Of a stretch of DNA of 64,000 nt, positions 26,995-37,900 are shown one piece after another. The DNA lies in NCBI GenBank assembly GCA_045593905.1, contig JAZNXL010000014.1, positions 19,848-83,847 on the forward strand. Direction: 5' to 3'. This stretch comes from Eubacteriales bacterium (GTDB lineage Bacteria; Bacillota; Clostridia; Oscillospirales; QAKW01). The number at the start of each line of letters is the position of its first letter. Within the stretch, counting starts at the first letter, position 1. The position numbers were made by a program, and so were the translations under genes. Under the pieces are notes generated by a model. That model was not told the origin of the DNA, ran no database searches, and saw only the letters and a list, made by a program, of their open reading frames with translations.

Positions 26995-27363
26995 GTGGTA
27001 CAACAGCAGACATATCTTAAGGTTGCTGACAATACCGGTGCAAAAGAACTTATGTGCATCCGTGTACTTGGTGGCACAAGAAGAAGATACGCAGGTATCG
27101 GCGATGTAATTGTTTGTTCTGTAAAGAAAGCAGCTCCCGGCGGCACTGTTAAAAAGGGTGACGTTGTTAAGGCAGTTGTAGTTCGCACCGTAAAAGGCGT
27201 AAAAAGAGCAGACGGCTCTTTTATCAGATTCGATGAAAACGCAGCGGTTATCATAAAAGAAGATAAAACCCCCAAAGGTACTCGTATCTTTGGACCTGTA
27301 GCAAGAGAGCTTCGTGATAAAGAATACACAAAAATTCTTTCACTCGCTCCTGAAGTGCTGTAA
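26995..27363 (+). CDS. rplN: 50S ribosomal protein L14
   Basis: [26 protein letters not shown]; GTG start. Confidence 0.98.
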   Translation: MVQQQTYLKVADNTGAKELMCIRVLGGTRRRYAGIGDVIVCSVKKAAPGGTVKKGDVVKAVVVRTVKGVKRADGSFIRFDENAAVIIKEDKTPKGTRIFGPVARELRDKEYTKILSLAPEVL

Positions 27364-27377
27364 GGAGGAATCGGTAA

Positions 27378-27701
27378 ATGAGTAAATTACATGTTAAAAA
27401 GGGAGATACAGTTCTTGTTCTTTCAGGCAAAAGCCGTGGATTACAGGGCAAGGTACTTGAAGTTTCACCCAAAGAAGGAAAAGTTATCGTAGAAAAAGCT
27501 AACATGGTAACAAAGCACATCAAACCCAAAAGACAGGGCGAAGTTGGTGGCAGAGTTCAGGCTGAAGGCGCTATCTACGCTTGCAAGGTGCAGGTTATCT
27601 GCCCTAAATGCAAAATGCCTACAAGAGTAGGTTATAAAGTACTTGAAGACGGCACAAAAGTTCGCGTTTGCAAAAACAAAGACTGTGGCGAAACATTTTA
27701 A
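27378..27701 (+). CDS. rplX: 50S ribosomal protein L24 (with C-terminal four-Cys motif)
   Basis: HVKKGDTVLVLSGKSRG KOW motif. C-terminus CPKC-x18-CKNKDC. Confidence 0.96.
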   Translation: MSKLHVKKGDTVLVLSGKSRGLQGKVLEVSPKEGKVIVEKANMVTKHIKPKRQGEVGGRVQAEGAIYACKVQVICPKCKMPTRVGYKVLEDGTKVRVCKNKDCGETF

Positions 27702-27718
27702 GGAAGGAGTAAAGAAAT

Positions 27719-28258
27719 ATGTCAAGAATTAAAGATTTATACGTAAACGAAGTTGCTCCTGCCCTTATGAAAAAATTCAACTACAAGAGCCCTATGCAAA
27801 TTCCCAAGCTCAACAAGATTGTTATCAACGTTGGCTGTGGCGATGCAAAGGATAACAGCAAGGTAATCGCAAACGTTTGCGAAGAACTCGGTATCATAAC
27901 CGGTCAAAAAGCTGTTCCCTGTGCTGCAAGAAAGTCAGTTGCTAACTTCAAAGTTCGTGAAGGTATGGCAATTGGTGCAAAGGTTACTCTTCGTGGCGAA
28001 AAAATGTATGAGTTCGTTGATAGACTCTTCAACGTAGCTCTTCCCCGTGTACGTGACTTCCGTGGTATTAACCCCAACGCATTTGACGGACGCGGTAACT
28101 ACGCTCTTGGTATTAAAGAGCAGCTTATCTTCCCCGAAATCGAATACGATAAGGTAGAGAAGATTAGAGGTATGGACATCGTTTTTGTTACAACAGCAGA
28201 AACTGACGAACAAGCAAAAGAGTTGCTCACACTTTTGGGCGCTCCGTTTGCAAGATAA
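27719..28258 (+). CDS. rplE: 50S ribosomal protein L5
   Basis: [22 protein letters not shown]..., RDFRG. Confidence 0.98.
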   Translation: MSRIKDLYVNEVAPALMKKFNYKSPMQIPKLNKIVINVGCGDAKDNSKVIANVCEELGIITGQKAVPCAARKSVANFKVREGMAIGAKVTLRGEKMYEFVDRLFNVALPRVRDFRGINPNAFDGRGNYALGIKEQLIFPEIEYDKVEKIRGMDIVFVTTAETDEQAKELLTLLGAPFAR

Positions 28259-28270
28259 GGAGGGAATTTT

Positions 28271-28456
28271 ATGGCTAAAAAGGCAATGATTTTAAAACAA
28301 CAAAAGACCCAAAAATTCTCTACAAGAGAGTATAACAGATGCAAAATCTGCGGTAGACCTCATGCTTACCTCAGAAACTATGGCATCTGCAGAATTTGCT
28401 TCAGAGAATTGGCTTACAAAGGTCAAATCCCTGGCGTTAAGAAAGCAAGCTGGTAG
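28271..28456 (+). CDS. rpsN: 30S ribosomal protein S14, short zinc-binding type Z
   Basis: 61 aa, [10 protein letters not shown]...CRICFRE (C4). Confidence 0.97.
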   Translation: MAKKAMILKQQKTQKFSTREYNRCKICGRPHAYLRNYGICRICFRELAYKGQIPGVKKASW

Positions 28457-28467
28457 GAGGTACAATT

Positions 28468-28866
28468 ATGCAAATTACAGACCCTATCGCCGATTTGCTC
28501 ACAAGAATAAGAAATGCTAATTCGGCAAAACACGATACAGTAGAAATCCCCGCTTCAAACATGAAAAAGGCAATTTGCCAAATTCTTGTTAACGAGGGCT
28601 ACATTAAAGATATGAAGGTTGTTGAAGATAACCTTCAGGGTACAATTGTCCTCACATTAAAATACGGTGAGAAAAAGACAAGAGTTATCCAGGGCCTTAA
28701 GAGAATTTCAAAACCCGGCCTTAGAATTTACGCACCCTGCGAAGAGCTTCCCCGCGTAATGAGAGGCCTTGGCATTGCAATCGTATCAACCTCTAAGGGC
28801 ATAATGACAGACAAACAGGCAAGAAAAGCCGGCGTTGGCGGCGAAGTACTTGCATTTGTTTGGTAA
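28468..28866 (+). CDS. rpsH: 30S ribosomal protein S8
   Basis: [14 protein letters not shown]... Confidence 0.98.
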   Translation: MQITDPIADLLTRIRNANSAKHDTVEIPASNMKKAICQILVNEGYIKDMKVVEDNLQGTIVLTLKYGEKKTRVIQGLKRISKPGLRIYAPCEELPRVMRGLGIAIVSTSKGIMTDKQARKAGVGGEVLAFVW

Positions 28867-28877
28867 GGAGGTACACA

Positions 28878-29423
28878 ATGTCAAGAATAGGTAGAAAACC
28901 GATAACCGTTCCTGCGGGTGTCGAAGTTAAAGTTGATGCAAACAACGTTGTAACTGTAAAGGGTGCAAAAGCTACTCTTTCAGAGCAAATCAACGCTGAC
29001 ATCAAAGTAAGCGTTAACGGTAACGAAGTTATCGTTGAGCGTCCTTCTGACGATAAGTTCTACAGAGCACTTCACGGTCTTTCAAGAACACTTATCGCAA
29101 ATATGATTGAAGGTGTAACAACAGGCTACAAAAAGCAGCTCGAAATCAGCGGTGTTGGTTACAGAGCACAGCTTCAAGGTAAAAACCTTGTTATGAACCT
29201 TGGTTATTCACACCAGGTAATTGTAGAGCCCGTTGACGGTATCACCATCGAGGTACCGGGCCCCAACACAGTTGTGATTGCAGGCGCTGACAAACAGCTT
29301 GTTGGCCAATTCGCAGCTAACGTAAGAATGAAGAGACCTCCCGAGCCTTACAAGGGAGCAGGTATCAGATACGCTGATGAAGTTATCAAGCGTAAAGAAG
29401 GCAAAGCCGGTAAATCAAAATAA
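28878..29423 (+). CDS. rplF: 50S ribosomal protein L6
   Basis: MSRIGRKPITVPAGVEV...; ATG behind AAGGAGG. The ORF-track TTG extension is unlikely. Confidence 0.97.
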   Translation: MSRIGRKPITVPAGVEVKVDANNVVTVKGAKATLSEQINADIKVSVNGNEVIVERPSDDKFYRALHGLSRTLIANMIEGVTTGYKKQLEISGVGYRAQLQGKNLVMNLGYSHQVIVEPVDGITIEVPGPNTVVIAGADKQLVGQFAANVRMKRPPEPYKGAGIRYADEVIKRKEGKAGKSK

Positions 29424-29441
29424 TAAAGGGAGGAAAATATC

Positions 29442-29801
29442 ATGGTTAAAAGACATGACAGCAAAGCTGCAAGAATTAAAAGACATAAAAGAGTTCGCGC
29501 TAAAATTTCCGGAACCCCTGAATGCCCGCGTCTTTGCGTATTCCGTTCTGCAAAGCATATCTATGCACAAATCATTGATGATGTAAACGGCAAGACACTT
29601 GTTAGCGCTTCAACTGTTGAAAAAGATTTCACAGAATACGGCGGCAACAAGGACGCTGCTTTCCAAGTAGGTAAAGCAGTTGCTGAAAAAGCACTTGCTG
29701 CAAAGATTGAAACAGTAGTTTTCGACCGCGGTGGTTTTGTATACACCGGTAGAGTTAAAGCACTGGCAGACGGCGCCCGTGAAGGCGGACTTAAATTCTA
29801 G
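29442..29801 (+). CDS. rplR: 50S ribosomal protein L18
   Basis: [28 protein letters not shown]. Confidence 0.97.
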   Translation: MVKRHDSKAARIKRHKRVRAKISGTPECPRLCVFRSAKHIYAQIIDDVNGKTLVSASTVEKDFTEYGGNKDAAFQVGKAVAEKALAAKIETVVFDRGGFVYTGRVKALADGAREGGLKF

Positions 29802-29819
29802 GTTAAGGAGACGGAAAAT

Positions 29820-30323
29820 ATGGCAACTTTAATAGACTCGAGCGTACTCGACCTTAAAGAACGTGTAGTTTCTCTCAACCGTGTTTCAAAAACCGTTAAG
29901 GGTGGTAGAATTATGAAATTCTCAGCTCTTATCGTAGTTGGCGACGGCCAGGGCCATGTTGGAGCTGGTATCGGCAAGGCTGCCGAGGTTCCCGAAGCTA
30001 TCCGCAAAGGTATTGAGGATGCAAAGAAAAATATTGTAAAAATCAGCATGAAGGATTCAACAATTCCTCATGACATCGTAGGCAAATATGACGCTTCTAT
30101 GGTTATTATGAAGCCTGCAGCACCTGGTACCGGTGTTATCGCCGGCGGTGCAGTCCGTGCAGTCGTTGAGATGGCCGGTATTAAAGATATTAGAACAAAA
30201 GCATTACGTTCACGTAATAAAATCAACGTGGTTCATGCCACAATCAACGGTCTTAAGAGCCTTGAGGATGCAGCTCAGGTTGCAGCTCGTCGCGGCAAGA
30301 CAGTTGAAGAGATTGTAGGTTAA
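29820..30323 (+). CDS. rpsE: 30S ribosomal protein S5
   Basis: [33 protein letters not shown]. Confidence 0.98.
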   Translation: MATLIDSSVLDLKERVVSLNRVSKTVKGGRIMKFSALIVVGDGQGHVGAGIGKAAEVPEAIRKGIEDAKKNIVKISMKDSTIPHDIVGKYDASMVIMKPAAPGTGVIAGGAVRAVVEMAGIKDIRTKALRSRNKINVVHATINGLKSLEDAAQVAARRGKTVEEIVG

Positions 30324-30337
30324 GGGAGGTATTTTTA

Positions 30338-30520
30338 ATGGCAAGTGTTAAAGTTACTCTCGTAAAAAGTCTTATCGGTAGAAAAGACGACCAAATCGCA
30401 ACTGCAAAATCACTCGGTCTTAGAAAAATCGGTGACGTAACAGTTCAGCCCGAAAACGACGCAACAAAGGGCAAAATCACAAAAATATCTCACCTTGTAA
30501 AGGTTGAAGAAGCCAAATAA
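30338..30520 (+). CDS. rpmD: 50S ribosomal protein L30
   Basis: [27 protein letters not shown]. Confidence 0.96.
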   Translation: MASVKVTLVKSLIGRKDDQIATAKSLGLRKIGDVTVQPENDATKGKITKISHLVKVEEAK

Positions 30521-30534
30521 GGAGGTGCACACAA

Positions 30535-30975
30535 ATGAAGTTAAACGAACTTTCTCCTGCAGTAGGTTCTACTACAGAAGCAAAAAGAAAGGGTAGAGGC
30601 CCCGGTTCAGGTAACGGCAAAACAGCCGGTAAAGGACACAAAGGTCAAAAAGCCCGTTCAGGCGGTGGCGTAAGACCCGGTTTCGAAGGCGGTCAGATGC
30701 CGTTGCAAAGACGTCTCCCTAAAAGAGGCTTCAACAATATTTTCGCTAAGCAATATGTTGTGCTTAAAGTATCAGACCTTAACGGTTTCGATGCAAGAAA
30801 ATATGTAGATATTGACGCAGTAATTGACGCAGGTTTTTCAAGCAAAAAATACGATGGCCTTAAAATCATCGGCGGCGGCGAGTTAGAAAAAGCAATTAAA
30901 GTACGCTGCACAAAAATAACAGCAGGTGCAAAAGCAACAATCGAAGCAGCCGGCGGTAAGGTTGAGGTGATTTAG
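30535..30975 (+). CDS. rplO: 50S ribosomal protein L15
   Basis: [11 protein letters not shown]...[24 protein letters not shown]. Confidence 0.97.
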   Translation: MKLNELSPAVGSTTEAKRKGRGPGSGNGKTAGKGHKGQKARSGGGVRPGFEGGQMPLQRRLPKRGFNNIFAKQYVVLKVSDLNGFDARKYVDIDAVIDAGFSSKKYDGLKIIGGGELEKAIKVRCTKITAGAKATIEAAGGKVEVI

Positions 30976-32277
30976 TTGTTTAAAGTATTTGCAAATGCTT
31001 GGAAAATTGAAGACCTTAGAAAAAAGATACTTTTTACTGCATTTATCATTCTTCTTTTCAGACTCGGTTCAGCAATTCCTGTTCCGTTTTTGGATGCTGA
31101 AGGTCTTGCGGGTTTATTCCAAAGATACTCAGAAAGCAACAACATCTTTAGTTTCTTTAATATAATGGCCGGTGGCGCTATGGAGAAAGCTACTTTCTTC
31201 TCGCTTTCAATCTCGCCTTATATTAATGCTTCAATCATTATGCAGCTTTTAATGGTAGCAATTCCTGCCTTTGAAAGAATAATGAAAGAAGACGGTGAAC
31301 GCGGTAAAAGAATTATGGACAGATGGACAAAAATTTTAACCGTTGTTCTCTCATTTGTACTCGGCTTTGGTTACTACACCGTTTTATTAAACGCTGAAGG
31401 CTTCCAAATCGTTGACAAAAACGTTGGCGTGTTTGGCGGTTTTGTAATAACCTTTGCCTTTGCAGCAGGTGCTATGGTAATAATGTGGCTCGGTGAGCTC
31501 ATAAACGAAAAGGGTATCGGTAACGGTATCTCAATGATTCTCTTTGCAGGTATCATTGCAAGACTTCCTGCACTCGTTGCATCAGCTCGTGCTCTTATCA
31601 GCACAAGCGTTATTAACTGGATTGTGCTTATTCTTATCGTGCTCGGCACTCTCGCTCTTGTTGCGTTTGTTGTATTTATGACAAACGGCGAGCGCAGAAT
31701 TCCCGTTCAGTACGCCAAAAAGGTTGTCGGCAGAAAAATGTACGGCGGCCAGAACACACACATTCCGCTTAAAGTTAATATGACAGGTGTTCTCCCCATC
31801 ATCTTTGCTCAGTCGTTTGTAGTACTTCCTGCAACGATTGCAAACTTCTTCCCCAAGCTTCTTGATACTTGGTTTGGAAAAGTAGTAAACGCACTCAATG
31901 TTGGTGGTTGGGTTTACACACTTCTTATGTTCCTATTAATTGTATTCTTTAGTTATTTCTATTCAGTAATCTCGTTCAATCCTGTTGAGGTTGCATCAAA
32001 CCTTAAAAAGAACGGTGGCTTTATTATGGGTATTCGTCCCGGTAAGCCTACAGCAGATTACATCACAAAAACTCTTAACAGAATCACCTTAATCGGTGCA
32101 TTGTTCCTTGGTATTTTATCAGCAGCTCCGAGCCTTGTTGCAATGTTTAACCAAAACCTTGCAAGCCTTGCAATCGGTGGTACATCACTTATCATCGTTG
32201 TTGGTGTAGCTCTTGAAACTGTTAAAACACTTGAGTCACAAATGCTTATGCGCCACTACAAAGGCTTCTTAGAGTAA
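30976..32277 (+). CDS. secY: preprotein translocase subunit SecY
   Basis: 433 aa, 10-TM pattern, DLRKKILFT..., [15 protein letters not shown] start abuts the rplO stop. Confidence 0.97.
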   Translation: MFKVFANAWKIEDLRKKILFTAFIILLFRLGSAIPVPFLDAEGLAGLFQRYSESNNIFSFFNIMAGGAMEKATFFSLSISPYINASIIMQLLMVAIPAFERIMKEDGERGKRIMDRWTKILTVVLSFVLGFGYYTVLLNAEGFQIVDKNVGVFGGFVITFAFAAGAMVIMWLGELINEKGIGNGISMILFAGIIARLPALVASARALISTSVINWIVLILIVLGTLALVAFVVFMTNGERRIPVQYAKKVVGRKMYGGQNTHIPLKVNMTGVLPIIFAQSFVVLPATIANFFPKLLDTWFGKVVNALNVGGWVYTLLMFLLIVFFSYFYSVISFNPVEVASNLKKNGGFIMGIRPGKPTADYITKTLNRITLIGALFLGILSAAPSLVAMFNQNLASLAIGGTSLIIVVGVALETVKTLESQMLMRHYKGFLE

Positions 32278-32293
32278 AATAGGAGTAAACTTT

Positions 32294-32935
32294 ATGAAAC
32301 TTATTTTATTAGGTGCGCCCGGTGCCGGTAAAGGTACACAGGCTGAAAACATAACTAAAAAATATAACATCCCCGCAATTTCTACAGGTGATATGATTCG
32401 TGCCGCTATCAAAAGCGGCTCGCCCCTCGGCCTTGAGGTTAAATCGTACACTGATTCAGGAAGACTCGTTCCCGACGAAACCGTAATTGCTCTTATCAAA
32501 GACCGTCTTGCACAAGACGATTGCAAAAACGGCTTTATCCTCGACGGCTTCCCCCGTACAATTCCGCAGGCTGAAGCACTTGATAAACTTAATGTAGAAA
32601 TTGACTTCGCACTCTCTATCGAAGTAGAAGATAAGCGAATAGTCCAAAGAATGTCCGGCAGACGCTCATGTCCCTCGTGCGGTATGACATACCATCTCGA
32701 CTACAAGCCCTCAAAAGACAACAAAACTTGCGACGGCTGTGGCACCGAGCTTGTTATCCGTAACGACGACAAGCCTGAAACAGTGCTTGAACGTCTTAAA
32801 ATCTATCACGACCAGACTGAACCGCTCAAGGCTTATTACCAAAGCCGCGGCAAGCTTGTTACAGTAGAAGGTCAAGAAGAACTTAAGGACACTACTGCTC
32901 TTACATTTAAAGCAATCGAAGGATTTTGCAAATGA
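32294..32935 (+). CDS. adk: adenylate kinase (zinc-lid type)
   Basis: P-loop [10 protein letters not shown]; lid CPSCG...CDGCG. Confidence 0.97.
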   Translation: MKLILLGAPGAGKGTQAENITKKYNIPAISTGDMIRAAIKSGSPLGLEVKSYTDSGRLVPDETVIALIKDRLAQDDCKNGFILDGFPRTIPQAEALDKLNVEIDFALSIEVEDKRIVQRMSGRRSCPSCGMTYHLDYKPSKDNKTCDGCGTELVIRNDDKPETVLERLKIYHDQTEPLKAYYQSRGKLVTVEGQEELKDTTALTFKAIEGFCK

Positions 32936-33687
32936 TTATAATCAAATCTGACAGTGATATACGCCTTATGCGAAAAGCCGGTTCAATAACAGCCGGTGCA
33001 CTTGCAACAGCAGGTAAATCAATTAAGGCAGGTATGTCAACTAAAGAGCTTGATGCTATTGTAGAGGATTATATCCGCTCACACGGCGCGATACCGTCCT
33101 TTAAAGGCTACGGCGGTTTCCCTGCAAGCGCTTGTATATCGCCAAATAACGTTGTAATACACGGTATCCCGTCTAAAGATACAATTATCAAAGACGGCGA
33201 CATCATAAGTGTTGACGTTGGCGCGTATATAAACGGCTTTCACGGCGACAGCGCCGCAACCTTTGCAGTAGGCAATGTAAAGCCTAATGCTTTAAAGCTT
33301 ATGGATGTTACAAAAACATCGCTTGAAAACGTTTACCAAATACTAAAAGCCGGTGTTCGCCTTGGCGATATCGGACATACAGTACAAAGCTACTGTGAGT
33401 CAAACGGCTTTTCAGTAGTGCGTGACTTTGTGGGCCACGGCGTAGGCCGCGACCTTCACGAAGATCCGTCGGTTGCAAACTTTGGCAAAGCAGGTCACGG
33501 CCTTCGTCTTCCAAAAGGCGCAACGGTTGCCATTGAGCCAATGATAAATGAGGGCACCGAAAAAGTGCTTATCGACAGACACGATGGCTGGACCGTTACA
33601 ACTGCTGACGGTAAACTTTCAGCGCACTTTGAACATACATTTTATATTGATGATGACTGTGCGCACATTTTGACAGTGCAAGAGTAA
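32932..33687 (+). CDS. map: type I methionine aminopeptidase
   Basis: Metal ligands in ISVDVGA..., FVGHGVG, and EP.I...E motifs. I chose the ATG at 32932 (ATGA overlap with the adk stop) over the TTG at 32926. Confidence 0.93.
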   Translation: MIIIKSDSDIRLMRKAGSITAGALATAGKSIKAGMSTKELDAIVEDYIRSHGAIPSFKGYGGFPASACISPNNVVIHGIPSKDTIIKDGDIISVDVGAYINGFHGDSAATFAVGNVKPNALKLMDVTKTSLENVYQILKAGVRLGDIGHTVQSYCESNGFSVVRDFVGHGVGRDLHEDPSVANFGKAGHGLRLPKGATVAIEPMINEGTEKVLIDRHDGWTVTTADGKLSAHFEHTFYIDDDCAHILTVQE

Positions 33688-33710
33688 GTTATTATTCGGA
33701 GGATTAATTT

Positions 33711-33929
33711 ATGTCAAAAGAAGATATGATTGAGGTTGAGGGTAAGGTGCTCGAAGCACTCCCCGGCGCCACTTTCACAGTAGAGCTTGACAACGGACAT
33801 CAGATTCAGGCACATATATCCGGCAAGCTCCGTATGAACTATATTAAAATCCTGCCGGGTGACACAGTAAAACTTGAAATGTCACCTTATGACCTTTCCA
33901 AAGGTAGGATTATTTGGAGAGCTAAATAG
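33711..33929 (+). CDS. infA: translation initiation factor IF-1
   Basis: [30 protein letters not shown]... Confidence 0.98.
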   Translation: MSKEDMIEVEGKVLEALPGATFTVELDNGHQIQAHISGKLRMNYIKILPGDTVKLEMSPYDLSKGRIIWRAK

Positions 33930-34061
<132 letters not shown>

Positions 34062-34088
34062 TTTAGAATTTGGAGGTGTATTTACCAC

Positions 34089-34454
34089 ATGGCAAGAATT
34101 GCTGGTATTGATTTACCCAACGAAAAAAGAGTTGAGATTGGTCTCACATACATCTATGGTATCGGTAGAACAAGCTCAAACAAAATACTCGCAGCTGCCG
34201 GCGTAAATCCTGACACAAGAGTTAAGGATTTAACCGAGGATGAAATTTCAAAAATCAGAGCTGCAATGGACGGCTACCTCGTAGAAGGTGATCTTAAGCG
34301 CGAAGTTGCTCTTGATATTAAGCGTCTTATAGATATTGGCTGTTACAGAGGAACTAGACATAGAAAAGGCTTACCTGTAAGGGGTCAGCGTTCAAAAACA
34401 AACGCTCGTACAAGAAAAGGCCCCAGAAAAACTATGGCTAATAAGAAAAAGTAA
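34089..34454 (+). CDS. rpsM: 30S ribosomal protein S13
   Basis: [26 protein letters not shown]. Confidence 0.98.
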   Translation: MARIAGIDLPNEKRVEIGLTYIYGIGRTSSNKILAAAGVNPDTRVKDLTEDEISKIRAAMDGYLVEGDLKREVALDIKRLIDIGCYRGTRHRKGLPVRGQRSKTNARTRKGPRKTMANKKK

Positions 34455-34468
34455 AGGAGTGAATGTAA

Positions 34469-34867
34469 ATGGCTGCTAAAGCAACAAAAAAAGTCGGTAC
34501 AAAACGCCGTGTAAAAAAGAATATTGAACGCGGAGCTGCTCACATTCGCTCATCGTTCAACAACACACTTGTTACCATCACTGATGTAAACGGAAACGCA
34601 ATTTCATGGGCATCAGCTGGTGAAATGGGCTTTAAAGGCTCCAGAAAGAGCACACCTTTTGCTGCACAAATGGCTGCAGAACAGGCTGCTAAACTCGCTA
34701 TGGAGCATGGTCTTAAAACTGTAGAGGTTTATGTTAAAGGACCTGGTCAAGGTCGTGAAGCTGCTATCCGTGCGCTTCAAACAGCTGGTCTTGAAATCTC
34801 AATGATTAAAGACGTAACACCTATTCCTCACAACGGTTGCAGACCGCCTAAGAGAAGAAGAGTATAA
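34469..34867 (+). CDS. rpsK: 30S ribosomal protein S11
   Basis: [18 protein letters not shown]...[17 protein letters not shown]. Confidence 0.98.
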   Translation: MAAKATKKVGTKRRVKKNIERGAAHIRSSFNNTLVTITDVNGNAISWASAGEMGFKGSRKSTPFAAQMAAEQAAKLAMEHGLKTVEVYVKGPGQGREAAIRALQTAGLEISMIKDVTPIPHNGCRPPKRRRV

Positions 34868-34881
34868 GGGAGGACACATAA

Positions 34882-35502
34882 ATGGCTAGATATACTGGTG
34901 CTGTTTGCCGTCAGTGCAGACGTGAAGGTCAAAAGCTCTTTTTAAAGGGCGAACGTTGCTATACCGGTAAGTGCGCTATCGAGCGTCGTGCTTATGCGCC
35001 CGGTCAACACGGTCAAAGCAGAAAGAAATTTTCTGAATACGGCCTTCAGCTTAGAGAAAAGCAAAAAGTTAGAAAGTATTATGGCGTTTTAGAAAGCCAA
35101 TTCGCTAAATACTATGAAATGGCTGTTAAAAAGCAAGGCGTTACCGGTGAAAATCTTCTTTCAATCGTAGAAAGCAGACTTGACAACGTGGTTTATAGAT
35201 TAGGCTTTGCTATGTCTAGACCGGAGGCAAGACAACTTGTTCGCCACGGTCACTTTACCGTTAACGGTGCAAAGGTAAACATTCCTTCTTACCTTGTAAG
35301 CGTTGGCGATGTTATTGCTATCAAAGAAGGTAGCATGAGTTCCGAAAAAATCAAGAGCATTGTAGAAGCAAACGAAAAACGCGCTATTGTAAAATGGCTC
35401 GAAAAAGACGGCACAACAGGTAAAGTTGTTGCAGTTTGCGAAAGAGAAGATATTGATCTTCCTATCGAAGAACATCTTATCGTCGAGTTGTATTCTAAAT
35501 AA
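34882..35502 (+). CDS. rpsD: 30S ribosomal protein S4
   Basis: [25 protein letters not shown]; S4 RNA-binding domain. Confidence 0.98.
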   Translation: MARYTGAVCRQCRREGQKLFLKGERCYTGKCAIERRAYAPGQHGQSRKKFSEYGLQLREKQKVRKYYGVLESQFAKYYEMAVKKQGVTGENLLSIVESRLDNVVYRLGFAMSRPEARQLVRHGHFTVNGAKVNIPSYLVSVGDVIAIKEGSMSSEKIKSIVEANEKRAIVKWLEKDGTTGKVVAVCEREDIDLPIEEHLIVELYSK

Positions 35503-35537
35503 TGCAGCATAACATTATGAAAAGGGAGGCTTTTTAA

Positions 35538-36488
35538 ATGATTGAGATGGAAAGACCGCGCATTGAAACACAAATTCAAGGCGAAAAGGGCGAGTACGGA
35601 CGTTTTATAGCTGAACCGCTTGAAACAGGCTATGGTATTACTCTCGGTAATGCGCTTCGCAGAATCCTTTTATCAACACTTGAAGGCTACGCAGTTGTTT
35701 GTGCAAAAATCAACAACGTACCCCACGAGTTTATGTCGATTGAAGGCGTAAAAGAAGAAGTAATTGAGATTATACTGAATATTAAAGGCATTATCCCCAA
35801 GCTGTATTGCGAGGAACCCAAAACCGTTTACATCGAGGCAAAAGGCCCCGGCATTGTAACGGCTGGCGACATTAAACTCGACAGTGAAGTTGAAATTTTA
35901 AACCCCGAGCACGTTATTGCTACTCTTTCAGAAGACGCAGTATTAAACATTGAAATGGTTATTGACCGTGGACGTGGTTACGTTGGCGCAGAGGCTAATA
36001 AAAAATATACTCAAGACCAAGTAAATATGCTCGCTGTTGATTCAAACTTCACACCTGTTTTAAAGGTAAACTACACAGTAGACAATACACGTGTAGGCCA
36101 AATCACAGACTTTGATAAACTCACACTTGACGTTTGGACAAACCAAACTGTTACAGCATCTGATGCAGTTTCTATGGCAGCAAGAATTATGAACGAGCAC
36201 TTAAACCTCTTCATTGACCTTTCTGAAAAAGCAAAGAATGCATCAATTATGGTAGAAAAAGAAGAAACACGCAAAGAGAAAGTTCTTGAAATGCTTATTG
36301 AAGAGCTTGACCTTTCAGTTCGTTCTTTCAACTGCTTAAAGCGTGCAAGTATCAGTACTGTTGAGGACCTCACAAACAAAAGCGAGGAAGACATGATGAA
36401 AGTGCGTAACCTTGGCCGTAAATCTCTTGATGAGGTTATTGGCAAGCTTGCGTCACTCGGGTTGTCACTTAAAAGGGACGACGACTAA
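35538..36488 (+). CDS. rpoA: DNA-directed RNA polymerase subunit alpha
   Basis: [16 protein letters not shown] and C-terminal domain [20 protein letters not shown]. Confidence 0.97.
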   Translation: MIEMERPRIETQIQGEKGEYGRFIAEPLETGYGITLGNALRRILLSTLEGYAVVCAKINNVPHEFMSIEGVKEEVIEIILNIKGIIPKLYCEEPKTVYIEAKGPGIVTAGDIKLDSEVEILNPEHVIATLSEDAVLNIEMVIDRGRGYVGAEANKKYTQDQVNMLAVDSNFTPVLKVNYTVDNTRVGQITDFDKLTLDVWTNQTVTASDAVSMAARIMNEHLNLFIDLSEKAKNASIMVEKEETRKEKVLEMLIEELDLSVRSFNCLKRASISTVEDLTNKSEEDMMKVRNLGRKSLDEVIGKLASLGLSLKRDDD

Positions 36489-36511
36489 TATATTAATGGA
36501 GGTATACTAAG

Positions 36512-36856
36512 GTGTCAGGATACAGAAAACTGGGCAGACCGACAGACCACCGTCGCGCAATGCTCAGAGGTATGGTGACCTATCTTCTCGAAAACGGCTC
36601 AATTGAAACAACTCTCATGCGTGCCAAAGAAGTTAGAAGAATCACCGAGAAAATGATTACACTCGGCAAGAATGATACACTTCATTCAAAACGCCAGGCT
36701 TTATCATACATCACAAAAGAGGATGTTGTTAACAAGCTCTTTACAGAGATTGGCCCCTCATACGCTGACCGTAACGGCGGCTACACAAGAATTATTAAAA
36801 AGGGTCCCCGTCGCGGCGATAACGCTGAGATGGCAATTATCACTCTTGTAAAATAA
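36512..36856 (+). CDS. rplQ: 50S ribosomal protein L17
   Basis: [21 protein letters not shown]...IETT..RAKE; GTG start. Confidence 0.97.
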   Translation: MSGYRKLGRPTDHRRAMLRGMVTYLLENGSIETTLMRAKEVRRITEKMITLGKNDTLHSKRQALSYITKEDVVNKLFTEIGPSYADRNGGYTRIIKKGPRRGDNAEMAIITLVK

Positions 36857-36861
36857 TTTAT

Positions 36862-36897
36862 AAAACCTGTAATGCATTTGCATTACAGGTTTTTTTA
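36862..36897 (+). terminator. rho-independent terminator of the alpha operon
   Basis: 10-bp stem CCTGTAATGC / GCATTACAGG with ATTT loop and a T7 run, extended by A/T pairs. Confidence 0.85.
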
Positions 36898-36922
36898 TGC
36901 TATTATTGTTTTAGGTGATATT

Positions 36923-37900
36923 ATGAATTATAGTAAAAAACTACGGCCGCTTTATTTATACGATTATTTGCAAACTGTAACCGACGAAAATTGCGGCGTA
37001 ACAATGAGTGAAATAATAGACTATTTATATAGCCTTAACATAACCGCCGAGCGCAAGGCTATTTATGACGATATTATGCTACTAACCGAGTACTATAATG
37101 CCGATATTTTACAGGTACGTAACGGAAAACGCACCGAGTACCGACTAATGTCGCGTAAGTTCGAGCTTGCAGAACTGCGGCTTTTGGTTGACGCCGTTCA
37201 ATCTTCGAGGTTTATTACCGCCAAAAAGAGCGACAGCCTTATTAAAAAGCTAAAAACTCTTGCAGGTCCTACCGATGCCGAGTCAATTGCAGGTCAGGTG
37301 CTTGTTACAAGCCGTATAAAATCAATGGAAGAAACCATCTATTATAACGTAGATAAAATCAACCTTGCAATTTCAAAAAACAAACAAATCTCGTTTAATT
37401 ACTTTGAGTGGACACCGCTAAAGCAAAAGCGAATTAAGCGTGATGGTAAAAAGTATGTGGTATCTCCGTTATCGCTTTGTTGGGACGACGAGAATTATTA
37501 CCTTATTGCCGACGAAAACGGCGTTATAAAGCATTTTAGGGTAGATAAAACAAATAATATTGTAATTTGTGACCAACCTCGTAATAACGTGAATTTTGAT
37601 GCAGGAATATATACCGACCGTGTGTTTGGTATGTTTGGCGGTAACGAGTATGATGTAACTCTTGAGTGCGATAATTCGCTTGCAGGCGCCGTTATTGACC
37701 GTTTTGGCAAAAACGTAATGATAGTACCCGACCAAAACACATTTACAGTTACCGTAACAGTTCGCATAAGCCCGCAGTTTTTTGGCTGGCTTTGCGGCTT
37801 TGGTGACAAAGTTAAAATACTGTCGCCAAAAACTGTAAAAGACGAGTTTTTAACTACCGTAGCTTCAATTTTAAACACCTATAGGAGTAATAATGATTAA
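36923..37900 (+). CDS. wHTH-WYL domain transcriptional regulator (BrxR/CapW-like architecture)
   Basis: N-terminal winged-HTH-like segment (LYLYDYLQ...GVTMSEIIDYL). Central WYL region (ISFNYFEW...PLSLCWDDENYYLIADENGVIKHFRVDKTNNI). C-terminal extension. ATG at 36923 behind GGTGA. Confidence 0.75.
   Translation: MNYSKKLRPLYLYDYLQTVTDENCGVTMSEIIDYLYSLNITAERKAIYDDIMLLTEYYNADILQVRNGKRTEYRLMSRKFELAELRLLVDAVQSSRFITAKKSDSLIKKLKTLAGPTDAESIAGQVLVTSRIKSMEETIYYNVDKINLAISKNKQISFNYFEWTPLKQKRIKRDGKKYVVSPLSLCWDDENYYLIADENGVIKHFRVDKTNNIVICDQPRNNVNFDAGIYTDRVFGMFGGNEYDVTLECDNSLAGAVIDRFGKNVMIVPDQNTFTVTVTVRISPQFFGWLCGFGDKVKILSPKTVKDEFLTTVASILNTYRSNND

Noticed and set aside
26706-27329. 207-aa minus-strand ORF, plus many other 60-130-aa antisense or off-frame ORFs across 21.9-36.9 kb.
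   Set aside because: They lie entirely inside highly conserved ribosomal protein genes on the other strand. Their translations are low-complexity (S/L/T/F-rich), and they have no RBS or motifs. These are shadow ORFs.
36872-36922. Upstream extension of the WYL regulator ORF (start at 36872).
   Set aside because: The extension would be translated from inside the rplQ terminator hairpin. The ATG at 36923 has a GGTGA RBS and gives the typical wHTH N-terminus.
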